A stretch of 43,791 nt of DNA, taken from Myxococcota bacterium. GTDB taxonomy: Bacteria > Myxococcota_A > Polyangia > JBBTFH01. The position numbers were made by a program, and so were the translations under genes. Shown one piece after another: positions 20,287-27,761 of this stretch. The notes under the pieces are model-generated. The model had not been told where the DNA came from. It did not search any database and worked only from the letters and a program-made list of their open reading frames with translations. Numbering within the stretch: position 1 is the stretch's first letter; each line of letters begins with the position of its first letter. Location: assembly GCA_038041915.1 (NCBI GenBank), contig JBBTFH010000022.1, forward strand, positions 6,569 through 50,359, written 5' to 3'.

Positions 20287-21912
20287 CTAGTTCGCCGCGC
20301 CCATCGTCGGCGTGGCATCGACGGTCCAGTCGCTCGCCTGATCGCCGCCGCCGTCATAGGCGATCGAGCTGCCGGCGGAAAGCCCGCCGACGGAGACGAA
20401 CTGGTCGTTGGTCCAGATGCCACCGGAGAGCGCGGCGGCCTCGCGCGTGTGGTTGGCGGCGCCCCACTGCACGTAGTCGCGGATGTTGGCGCCGTTCGAG
20501 AAGCCCGAGTTGTTCTGGAAAAGCGCAAGCTCTCCGTCGGCGTCGCCCAGGCCCGCCTTGGGGCCGGTGTAGATATCGGTCGCGGTGTTCGTCCCCGATT
20601 CGTTCCAATGGACGACGACATAGCCGCCCGCCGGGATCGTGATGCTCGGCAAACCCCAGTACGCCGCCGGGCCGATGCAGAGAAACCAGCCGGCCATCGG
20701 CGCGTCGATCGGCCCGAGGTTGGCCAGTTCGACCAGCTCGTCGTCGGCGCCCGCGGGCGCGAAGATCACCTCGCTCAGCACGACGTCGTTGCACCCGACC
20801 GAGCGGCTGGTCGTCGCCTCCGACACGTCCGTGCACCCGTCGTTGTCGTCGTCGTCGTCGCAGGCGTCGCCATCGGCGTCGCCGTCGAAGTCGAGCTGAT
20901 CGGCGTTCGCTGCCAGAGGGCAGTTGTCCGCGCCGTCAAGGTCGCCGTCGCCGTCGTCGTCGTCGTCGCAGGCGTCGCCGTCGCCGTCGCCGTCGGTGTC
21001 GAGCTGATCGGCGTTAGCCACGAGCGCGCAATTGTCGGCCGCGTCGAGGTCGCCGTCGCCGTCGTCGTCGTCGTCGCAGGCGTTGCCATCGCCATCGCCG
21101 TCGGTATCGAGCTGATCGGCGTTAGCCACGAGCGCGCAGTTGTCGTCCACGTCGTCCGTCCCGTCGTTGTCGTCGTCGGCATCGCAGGCGTCGCCGACGT
21201 TGTCGTCGTCGGCGTCAGCCTGATCGGCGTTGGGGACCAGAGGGCAATCATCGGCGCCGTCCGGCCAGCCGTCGTCGTCGGAGTCGATCTCGCCGTCGCA
21301 CGCGTCGCCGAGTCCGTCCTCGTCGTCGTCCGTCTGATCGACGTTGTCGACGACCGGGCAATTATCCTCGCCGTCGTCGATGCCGTCACCGTCGTCGTCG
21401 TCGTCGCAGGGATCGCCCGTGCCGTCGAGATCCAGGTCCGCCTGGTCGGCGTTGGGGAGCAGCGCGCAGTTGTCCGCCACGTCAGAGGCGCCGTCGCCAT
21501 CGTCGTCGTCGTCGCAGGCGTCGCCGTCGCCGTCGCCGTCCGTATCCGTCTGATCCGCGTCGGCGACGAGCGGGCAGTCGTCCGCTTCGCTAAGGACGCC
21601 GTCGCCGTCGTCGTCGTCGTCGCACGCGTCACCGTCGCCGTCACTGTCGGTGTCGCTCTGGTCGGCGTTCGCGAGCGACGGGCAGTTGTCCTCGCCATCG
21701 GACACGCCGTCATCATCCGCGTCGTCATCTTCCGACTCGGATTCGGATTCGGATTCCGACTCGGATTCGGACTCCGCCTCGGATTCCGCCTCGGACTCGG
21801 CCTCGGACTCGGCCTCGGACTCGGCCTCGGACTCCGCCTCGCCCTCGGCCTCCCCGCTCTCTCCGCACGCGGTGGCCAGCAGCAATCCCCAAACAAGCAA
21901 ACGCACGCGCAT
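20287..21912 (-). CDS. Acidic lipoprotein with about 8-9 thrombospondin type-3 (calcium-binding) repeats and a C-terminal lamin-tail-like (LTD) domain
   Basis: ATG 21912 with AAGGAGG 7 nt upstream. Lipobox LLLATAC. (AESE)n/(SE)n linker. Repeats of the form [31 protein letters not shown]. C-terminal [22 protein letters not shown]...GELALF block typical of LTD domains. Confidence 0.85.
   Translation of the reverse strand: MRVRLLVWGLLLATACGESGEAEGEAESEAESEAESEAESEAESEAESESESESESESESEDDDADDDGVSDGEDNCPSLANADQSDTDSDGDGDACDDDDDGDGVLSEADDCPLVADADQTDTDGDGDGDACDDDDDGDGASDVADNCALLPNADQADLDLDGTGDPCDDDDDGDGIDDGEDNCPVVDNVDQTDDDEDGLGDACDGEIDSDDDGWPDGADDCPLVPNADQADADDDNVGDACDADDDNDGTDDVDDNCALVANADQLDTDGDGDGNACDDDDDGDGDLDAADNCALVANADQLDTDGDGDGDACDDDDDGDGDLDGADNCPLAANADQLDFDGDADGDACDDDDDNDGCTDVSEATTSRSVGCNDVVLSEVIFAPAGADDELVELANLGPIDAPMAGWFLCIGPAAYWGLPSITIPAGGYVVVHWNESGTNTATDIYTGPKAGLGDADGELALFQNNSGFSNGANIRDYVQWGAANHTREAAALSGGIWTNDQFVSVGGLSAGSSIAYDGGGDQASDWTVDATPTMGAAN
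21731..21852 (-). repeat. Coding hexa/dodecanucleotide microsatellite (GAxTCx units) encoding (SE)n and (AESE)n
   Basis: Plus strand reads ccgactcggattcggattcggattccgactcggattcggactccgcctcggattccgcctcggactcggcctcggactcggcctcggactcggcctcggactccgcctcg. Confidence 0.8.
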
Positions 21913-22128
21913 CGCTAGCCTCCTTTATCGTCCCATGTTTCACCGCGGCTCATCGAATGAACAGGGTGACTTTTATCGGACCTTGCGTCCAACCGCCAGC
22001 GCGCCTACAGGCCGACACGCACACGATCTTCCACCGCTCGCCGATTGAGTGGATCGACGTCCCGCGCCCGGTCTCTGACCTGGCCGAAACTCGCACCCCG
22101 TGCGAGCGCGCGCTTCGCGCTGGCAAGA

Positions 22129-22143
22129 AGCAACGGGCGTGCC
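22129..22143 (-). promoter_or_regulatory. Sigma-54 (-24/-12) promoter upstream of the TSP3/LTD lipoprotein gene
   Basis: Minus strand reads cGGCACG-cccg-TTGCT, with GG at 22143-22142 and GC at 22131-22130. Apart from the first T this is a full match to TGGCACG-N4-TTGCW. It sits 11 nt after the upstream stop and about 200 nt before ATG 21912. Confidence 0.55.
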
Positions 22144-22154
22144 GGAGCGGGTCC

Positions 22155-22916
22155 TTACTCGTCGCCCTCTTCCGACTCGCTCTCCTCACCGTCTTCGTCC
22201 TCGAACTTCCCGTCTTTTTCGTCGTCGTGGTCGTCGTGGTCGTCGTCATCGTCATCATCGAAACGGACGCCACCGGCCACGACCTCGTCGTCGCCGCCGG
22301 GCTCTCCATCGCGATCGACGTCGCGGTAGAGCGTCGCCGAAGCGGCGACTCCGTCGAGGAAGCGGTCGATTGCGCCATCGTTGGCCTCGCCGTCCAGGCG
22401 CGCCGAGCCGTCCACGATCGGCAGCTCCTCGGGAGCGATGCCCGCGAGCAGCACGGCGCGGTCGAAGACGATGATCGCCGCCGCGTCGTCCGCGATTCCC
22501 GAGTCCTGTGCTTCGAACGCCAGGGCAAACGGGCGCTCCGGCGTGATCCGCAGCGGCGTGCCGTCGGCGAGCGCGCCGGTCCAGTCGATCGCGTCGACCT
22601 CGAGACGCACGCCGCAGAGAGGCTGCGTTCCCGGCAGGACGGCGACTTGCGCGAACCCGTCCGAGGCGAGGTCCACTTCCGCCAGCGGCTCGTCGATGAC
22701 TTCCTCGCTCGCGCCGCCGCCGCCGTCGCACGCCTTCGCCCGGGATGCGACGACGCGCGCGCTCGAAACGGGGGCGCGCTGTAGCCGCGGCTGATCGGCC
22801 GAGGGCTGTCCCGTGGCGCCGAGGTAGAGCGCGACGCCGTTGCCGGTTTCCGTCCCGACTTGCGGCGAGCACGCGGCGAGCAGGATGGCGAAAGATCCGA
22901 TTCGAGCGAGGATCAT
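22155..22916 (-). CDS. Lipoprotein with an extremely acidic C-terminal tail
   Basis: Track ORF 22155-23369 trimmed to ATG 22916 (MILARIGSFAILLAAC lipobox). ATGA overlap with the upstream gene. Tail DDDDDDDHDDHDDEKDGKFEDEDGEESESEEGDE. Confidence 0.7.
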   Translation of the reverse strand: MILARIGSFAILLAACSPQVGTETGNGVALYLGATGQPSADQPRLQRAPVSSARVVASRAKACDGGGGASEEVIDEPLAEVDLASDGFAQVAVLPGTQPLCGVRLEVDAIDWTGALADGTPLRITPERPFALAFEAQDSGIADDAAAIIVFDRAVLLAGIAPEELPIVDGSARLDGEANDGAIDRFLDGVAASATLYRDVDRDGEPGGDDEVVAGGVRFDDDDDDDHDDHDDEKDGKFEDEDGEESESEEGDE

Positions 22917-23815
22917 GGCTGGCTCCTGTCCTTCTCCCGGCGCGGGCGTGGCGCCGAGCCGCCGGGACGGCGCGTGAGCGGGAAGAGCTGAATGTTGAGC
23001 TGGTACACGGCTTCGCGCGCTTCGCCAGCGTCGCACGCGCACATGGCTTCCAGCAGCATGCGGCGAAGCTCGTGTACGCGGGCGACGATTTGCGCGGCGC
23101 GCGCGCGCGACATGGCCACCGTCAGGCTGCTCGCGTGGCGCTCCTCCACCGGCAGGCGATCGAGGGCCTCTTCGGCGCGCTGGATCATCGCGCGGTGGAA
23201 ATTGCGGACGGCGAGCGATTTCACCTCGGGGCCCGTCGACAGCACGGCGTCCGCCTGGACGAGTCGGCCGTCGCCGTCGCGCCGCAACAGATCGAGCCGC
23301 AGCAAGAGGTCGAGGCTGTCGGCGGCCTGCGCCGGCGTGATGGCCGGCTCGAGCTGGCGCGCGATCCACGCCGGCTCTTCGCGAAAGCCTTCCACGGCGA
23401 CGAGCTCGCGAATCGGCGGGGCGTACCAGGTGGAGTAGTAGTCGTACTCGTCGCGCTCCAGCCGGCGCACGCGCAGGTAGCTTTTCATGTGGCTGAGACG
23501 GTCGTAGTGGAGGTTGCGCTCGCCTTCGCTGCGCGCCTGCTCCATGAGTACGAGGTGGGTGAAGAACTCGCGCTGCGCGCGATCGAGGCGCAGCGCCTTG
23601 GCGAAGCGCAGGATGCTCGAAGGCGTGAGGTTGCGCCGGCCGTCCATCACGAGCTTGAGGTAGTTGGGCGCGGCGAACCCGGCCTGGCGCGCGAAGTACC
23701 GGTGCGAGAATTGCGGCTTGGTCGCCTTGAGGAAGGCGTAGGTGTCGCGCAGGAACGCCCGATAACTGCGATAGGCGAAGAGGTCGGGCTCCTGCGGGGG
23801 CGGGGTCGTCGTCAC
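22913..23815 (-). CDS. TIGR02147/DUF4423-type protein (putative HTH regulator)
   Basis: YRSYRAFLRDTYAFLKATKPQFSHRYFARQAGFAAPNYLKLVMDGRRNLT matches my recollection of the TIGR02147 N-terminus. Start placed at GTG 23815, because the track's upstream extension to 23917 runs through an AT-rich promoter-like region containing a palindrome. Confidence 0.75.
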   Translation of the reverse strand: MTTTPPPQEPDLFAYRSYRAFLRDTYAFLKATKPQFSHRYFARQAGFAAPNYLKLVMDGRRNLTPSSILRFAKALRLDRAQREFFTHLVLMEQARSEGERNLHYDRLSHMKSYLRVRRLERDEYDYYSTWYAPPIRELVAVEGFREEPAWIARQLEPAITPAQAADSLDLLLRLDLLRRDGDGRLVQADAVLSTGPEVKSLAVRNFHRAMIQRAEEALDRLPVEERHASSLTVAMSRARAAQIVARVHELRRMLLEAMCACDAGEAREAVYQLNIQLFPLTRRPGGSAPRPRREKDRSQP

Positions 23816-23872
23816 GAGCGTGTCCAGAATGCCGGTATGAGCGCGAGGGCGCAAGCCATAAAGAGCAATAAT

Positions 23873-23892
23873 CCGTATTCTGGAGAATACGG
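23873..23892. promoter_or_regulatory. Perfect palindrome CCGTATTC-TGGA-GAATACGG in the AT-rich divergent region
   Basis: 8-bp arms with a 4-bp spacer. Located between TATAAT/TATTAT-like hexamers (23903-23909) and the TIGR02147-type gene start. Candidate operator. Confidence 0.4.
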
Positions 23893-24023
23893 ACATAAGT
23901 CGTATAATATGTAGCATATCATCATGTTATAACTGATTCGTGACGTTTGTCATGTGTGCTCATGATGCTTGACGGAATTCACCCGGGAGGCCAGAGTGCA
24001 TGCAAGAAAGGGAGGGCAAACCC

Positions 24024-24713
24024 ATGCACCTCAGACTCACGACGATTTCACTTCTGCTTCTGGCCGGGTGTCCGAGCGAAGACGAGGCGGCCGACGGCGA
24101 GGCCACCGGCGGGCTTCTCTGCGACGACGCCGACGACGGCACGACGACGTGCGGCACCGACGAGAACGGCAACGGTGCCCTCGACGAGGCCGAGGTCGCG
24201 TGCAGCGACAACGATCCCGCGGAGACGGGGGAGAAGGACGATGACGGGGAGAAGCACGATGACGGGGAGAAGGACGACGACGACGTGGAGTGCAAGGACG
24301 GCGTCGATGCGAAGACCGGCGCCGCGTGCGAGGACGACGATGAGGGCGAGGAAGAGGAGAAGGACGACGACGACGTGGACTGCAAGAACGGCGTCGATGC
24401 GAAGACCGGCGCCGCGTGCGAGGACGACGACGAGGGCGAGAAGGAAGAGGACGAAAAGGACAAGGACGATGACGAAGACGGGAAGAAGAACGACGACGAC
24501 GACGGGGAGAAGGACGACGACGACGCCGAGGAGAAGCTCGAGGACGACGACGGCGACGGCATCCTCAACGGCTCCGACTGCGACGAGGTTCTGAAGGACA
24601 CGGAGGAGGGCGGCGAGTACGAGGATGACGAAGACGATGACGACGACGATGACGAGGACGCCGACGATGACGAGGATGAGGACGACGACGACGACAAGAA
24701 GGACGACGCCTAA
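24024..24713 (+). CDS. Extremely acidic (Asp/Glu-rich) lipoprotein with an internal tandem duplication
   Basis: ATG 24024 preceded by GGGAGGG. Lipobox LLLLAGC. Repeated module DDDDV(E/D)CK(D/N)GVDAKTGAACEDDDEGE. Poly-D/E tail. Confidence 0.75.
   Translation: MHLRLTTISLLLLAGCPSEDEAADGEATGGLLCDDADDGTTTCGTDENGNGALDEAEVACSDNDPAETGEKDDDGEKHDDGEKDDDDVECKDGVDAKTGAACEDDDEGEEEEKDDDDVDCKNGVDAKTGAACEDDDEGEKEEDEKDKDDDEDGKKNDDDDGEKDDDDAEEKLEDDDGDGILNGSDCDEVLKDTEEGGEYEDDEDDDDDDDEDADDDEDEDDDDDKKDDA
24270..24449 (+). repeat. Two tandem 90-bp in-frame repeat units inside the acidic lipoprotein gene
   Basis: Units start at 24270 and 24360. The first roughly 81 nt differ at only 3 positions by eye. Confidence 0.8.
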
Positions 24714-24762
24714 CCCGCCTCCCGACCGCCCCGACGTTCCTCGCTAAAACCCCAGCAATCCA

Positions 24763-24791
24763 GGCGTCGCCGCAAGATGCGCGGCGACGCC
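24763..24791 (+). terminator. GC-rich hairpin downstream of the acidic lipoprotein gene
   Basis: Perfect 11-bp stem GGCGTCGCCGC/GCGGCGACGCC with a 7-nt loop. There is no clear U-tract, so terminator function is uncertain. Confidence 0.45.
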
Positions 24792-24825
24792 ACACTCACG
24801 TCGCCACCCCCCGTGTGTCTCATTG

Positions 24826-24879
24826 TGTGTAGTTTCATGTGTCGTATCTCTTGACGATTCAGACACATATTGCTACACA
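24826..24879. promoter_or_regulatory. Inverted repeat flanking a TTGACG -35-like hexamer upstream of the RHH antitoxin gene (candidate TA operator)
   Basis: The left arm is TGTGTAGtttcATGTGTC (24826-24843) and the right arm is GACACATattgCTACACA (24862-24879), giving 7+7 complementary positions. TTGACG lies at 24851-24856 between the arms. Confidence 0.45.
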
Positions 24880-24885
24880 TCCTGC

Positions 24886-25239
24886 ATGATCGACAGCGAC
24901 GGGGTGCTGGCCCGATGGGCGCGCGAGGCGACGCCCGCCTACGCCAAAGAGACGACGCGGCTCAATCTCCAGCTCCCTCTTGGCATCAAGGTGGCGCTGG
25001 AGCGGATCGCAAAGGCCGAAGGGCTTGCGACGCCGGAGCTGGCGCGCCGCCTGCTGGCCGCCGACGTGCGGGCGTTGGAGCGTGCCGCGCTGGGGCGCCA
25101 GGCGAGGGAATCGTATGCCGCCACGATCGGGCTCCGTCGCGGCATTTCGGACACGTGGCAGCAGGTCGATGAACGGTCCCTGGCCGATTGGCCTCGCTCG
25201 AAGCCGCGGGGGCGCCGCCGTGCCGGCAAGACGCGCTGA
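24886..25239 (+). CDS. Ribbon-helix-helix (CopG-like) antitoxin candidate
   Basis: ATG 24886 within track ORF 24823-25239. TRLNLQLPLGIKVALERIAKAEGLATPELARRLL fits a beta-strand/helix-helix RHH pattern. Overlaps the downstream toxin gene by 20 nt. Confidence 0.65.
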   Translation: MIDSDGVLARWAREATPAYAKETTRLNLQLPLGIKVALERIAKAEGLATPELARRLLAADVRALERAALGRQARESYAATIGLRRGISDTWQQVDERSLADWPRSKPRGRRRAGKTR

Positions 25240-25570
25240 CCTCGTCGCCCTCCGGAGCCAGCGGATCGGGTTCGCGCGAAAGGCGGACCAGACCGCCGCC
25301 CTCGCCGTCGTCGTGCAGAACGACGACCTGTGTGCGGTGGCGGCGCAGGTTCTGCTCGTGCCGCTCGTCCGCGTGGCCGGAGCGCAGCCCGCGTTTCCCG
25401 GCTGGGTCGTTCTCGACGGCGAGCCGGACCTCGGTGGCCGATGGATCGCCGCCACCGACGAGCTTCGCCGAGCTTCCCTCGAGGCCGTGGAGCCGGGCGT
25501 GCGCGGTCGCCTCAGCGACGACGCGATGCGTCGCATCGGCGCCGCCCTTCGGTGGGTCTTCGATCTGTAG
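25220..25570 (+). CDS. MazF/PemK-like toxin candidate
   Basis: GTG 25220 within track ORF 24980-25570. The pattern ADLVAL...ALAVVVQNDDL...VLLVPLV...WIAATDELRRASLEAV...GRLSDDAMRRIGAALRWVFDL follows the MazF/PemK layout. High GC3. Confidence 0.6.
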   Translation: MPARRADLVALRSQRIGFARKADQTAALAVVVQNDDLCAVAAQVLLVPLVRVAGAQPAFPGWVVLDGEPDLGGRWIAATDELRRASLEAVEPGVRGRLSDDAMRRIGAALRWVFDL

Positions 25571-25589
25571 CGTGACGGGTCGATCGATC

Positions 25590-26240
25590 TCAGTACCCGT
25601 ACCCGCCGCCGGGCGTCTTCTTGGGCTTGGGCTTCGCCGCGGGCGCCTCGTCTTCGGCCGCCTCGGGCGCGGCGAGATCGTCGAGCGTGAAGAAGCCACG
25701 CACGGCAATCGGCGCGGCGCCGAAGAACGTGCCGGCGGTCGAGTCGAGGAGGTCTTCGTGCAGGACGACGCCCTGCGCGGGGCCGACGGTGAGGCCGACC
25801 TCGTAGCCGGCGCGCGAGACGCCGACGTCCGAGCCGAGGTCGAGGTCGGTGGCATAGTGCCAGCCCTCGGCGATGCCGACGACGGGCAGCAGCGGCGCCT
25901 CGAACGCGTCGCCGGTGTCGACGTTGGTGAGCGTCAACGCGACGTCGAGATAGGGGACGAAATCGCCCGCGTTGCGGCCGCCGAGAAGCGGGCCGGCGTA
26001 GCGGATCTGCGCCTCGAAGTGGTACGTGCCGGCGGCGACGTCGGCGGGAGGGATGCCCCACGCCTCGGTGAGCGACGCGATCTCGAACTTCAGCGTCGCG
26101 GCGCCGCCGGCGATCGGCGTGGCGTCGATGACGACGACCTCTTCCTCGAGAGAGGGCAGCTCCGTCGCCTCCGTCGGGATCGGCTGGTCCTCGCACGCGG
26201 CGAGAAGCAGGAGGGTAGGGATGAGGGTCAGGCGCTTCAT
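25590..26240 (-). CDS. Lipoprotein consisting of a P19/FetP-like (Iron_transport-type) domain
   Basis: Lipobox LLLLAAC. Blocks YHFEAQIRYA, GGRNAGDFVPYLDV and AEGWHYATDL resemble the P19 blocks HLEADIHA, PYL and DGPHYG as I recall them. Lys/Pro/Gly tail ...KPKPKKTPGGGYGY. ATGA overlap with the upstream gene. Confidence 0.7.
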   Translation of the reverse strand: MKRLTLIPTLLLLAACEDQPIPTEATELPSLEEEVVVIDATPIAGGAATLKFEIASLTEAWGIPPADVAAGTYHFEAQIRYAGPLLGGRNAGDFVPYLDVALTLTNVDTGDAFEAPLLPVVGIAEGWHYATDLDLGSDVGVSRAGYEVGLTVGPAQGVVLHEDLLDSTAGTFFGAAPIAVRGFFTLDDLAAPEAAEDEAPAAKPKPKKTPGGGYGY

Positions 26241-27751
26241 GGGATCACCTCCGTCTGCGCCAGCTCGTCGGCTTGGAGCAGGCCGTTCATCGTCGCGTTC
26301 AGGCTCTCGACCAGCGTCACGGCGTCGCCTTGCGCGAAGGTCGTGGAGTCGCGCTCCTCGAACGCCTGAATCAGCACGGCGTCGTCGTCGGCGGCGAAGA
26401 GGTACGCGATCGTCCGGTAGAACGCGCGCGCCTCGACGCGCGCCTTGTTGTAGCCGGCGTCGTCGGCCACGAGGATCTTCTCGCGCATTGCGATGATCTC
26501 GTGGACGACCGCGAGGTACTCGACCTGGAGCAGCTCGCGTTCGACCACCGCGCGCGCCGCGTCGAAGCCGGCGCCGCCGCCGATGAGGATCGCGTTGGCG
26601 CCGCTAAGCAGCGCGGCCTCGATCGCCGCCTCCATGCCGCAGGCGATGCCGGCGCCGAAGCGGCCATCGTCGCAGTTCGTCTGCCGCTTGCCCGCCGTCG
26701 CTTCGAGCGCGCGAAAATACGCCCACGCCTCGTCCCACTTGTGCGCGGCGCCCTCCACCGCGTCGAGCGCGCCCTCGGCGATCGCCCGGCGCGCCTCGTC
26801 GATCTCGTGAAGGATCGACAGGTAGAACGCGCGCTCGATGCCCTTCTTGATCCATTCCTTGCACTCGGACGCGACGACCGCGCCGCCGGTCAAGCAGTCG
26901 GGCGCCGGGCCCGTCTGCGCGAGCGCGCTCTCGACGTTGGTCGAGAGATCGGCGAGCTGGGCTTCCGTGATCCCGCGCGCCGCGTCGTAGCCGGCGACAT
27001 CCATGCGCCCCTCGAACATGCCGGCGAGCGACGCCTCGAAGCTCGCCGCGGCGCCGGAAAAGTCATTCGCGTCGAGCGCCGCGAGGATGTCGGCGTAGGC
27101 GGCCACGCGATCGAGCTGCTCCTCGACGTCTCCGACCGGCATCTGCAAAATGCCGCCGAAGGCGACGTCACGGTCGAAGAGGACCAACGGCTCGACGCGC
27201 GCGAACAGTCCGGACGGCGGCGAGGCGTCCGCGTGCGTGGCGATCGTCATCGCGGGCGCAAGCGTGACCGTCACGCGGTACGCGTCCTCGAACGGATCGG
27301 CTTCGGAGTCGCCGGGTGGCAGGAGCACGTTGGAGGCGTAGTGCCAGCCCTCGGCGTGGCCGGCGTGAGGCACGAGGTCCATCTCGATGGTGTCGTCGGC
27401 GGACGCGGTGGTGGTGTTGACGATCGTGACGTGCACCTTCTGGTAGGGCACGAACTCGCCGGCGTTGCGGCCGCCGAGCACGTTCGCCGCCGCGTAGCGG
27501 AGCTGGAGCTCGAGATGGAAGTCGGCCAGGCCGTCCATCTCGACACCGTTCAGCAGCGTCGGGACGGTGAAGTCGAGCGGAGCCGCCTCCAGCTCCGCCT
27601 CGACGGCGCCGCCGTAGAGATCGTTCTCGGAGAGCACCTGCTCGGCCGCGAGCGCGCGCGTGCGCGGGTGCTGCGGCGGGCCTCCGGCCTCTTCGGCCTC
27701 TTCGGCGCGCGCCGCGGTGGCGCACAGCAATGCGAAGGTCAGTCGTTTCAT
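26237..27751 (-). CDS. Secreted protein: N-terminal P19/FetP-like domain fused to a long helical C-terminal domain
   Basis: ATG 27751 with a GAGAGGA Shine-Dalgarno sequence. Signal MKRLTFALLCATAARA. Blocks FHLELQLRYA, GGRNAGEFVPYQKV and AEGWHYASNV are paralogous to 25590-26240. I do not recognise the C-terminal roughly 300 aa, which are helical (KWDEAWAYFRA, LHEIDEA, VHEIIAM). Confidence 0.7.
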   Translation of the reverse strand: MKRLTFALLCATAARAEEAEEAGGPPQHPRTRALAAEQVLSENDLYGGAVEAELEAAPLDFTVPTLLNGVEMDGLADFHLELQLRYAAANVLGGRNAGEFVPYQKVHVTIVNTTTASADDTIEMDLVPHAGHAEGWHYASNVLLPPGDSEADPFEDAYRVTVTLAPAMTIATHADASPPSGLFARVEPLVLFDRDVAFGGILQMPVGDVEEQLDRVAAYADILAALDANDFSGAAASFEASLAGMFEGRMDVAGYDAARGITEAQLADLSTNVESALAQTGPAPDCLTGGAVVASECKEWIKKGIERAFYLSILHEIDEARRAIAEGALDAVEGAAHKWDEAWAYFRALEATAGKRQTNCDDGRFGAGIACGMEAAIEAALLSGANAILIGGGAGFDAARAVVERELLQVEYLAVVHEIIAMREKILVADDAGYNKARVEARAFYRTIAYLFAADDDAVLIQAFEERDSTTFAQGDAVTLVESLNATMNGLLQADELAQTEVIP

Positions 27752-27761
27752 GTTTTTCCTC

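Noticed and set aside
20830-21720. Regularly spaced, highly similar GC-rich units that could be mistaken for a repeat-spacer array
   Set aside because: The units are in-frame thrombospondin type-3 repeats of one continuous ORF. There are no unique spacers and no cas genes, so this is not a CRISPR array.
19036-21918. 960-aa plus-strand ORF, the longest in the track
   Set aside because: It is antisense to the GAF-PAS-HisKA and TSP3/LTD genes. Its translation is Val/Ala/Arg/Gly low-complexity sequence mirroring the Asp-rich repeats. It has no motifs. This is a typical high-GC shadow ORF.
23989-24004. Sigma-54-like GGCCAG-N-TGCA motif upstream of the acidic lipoprotein gene at 24024
   Set aside because: The GG-to-GC distance is 13 nt instead of the strictly conserved 12 nt, and the TTGC element is incomplete.
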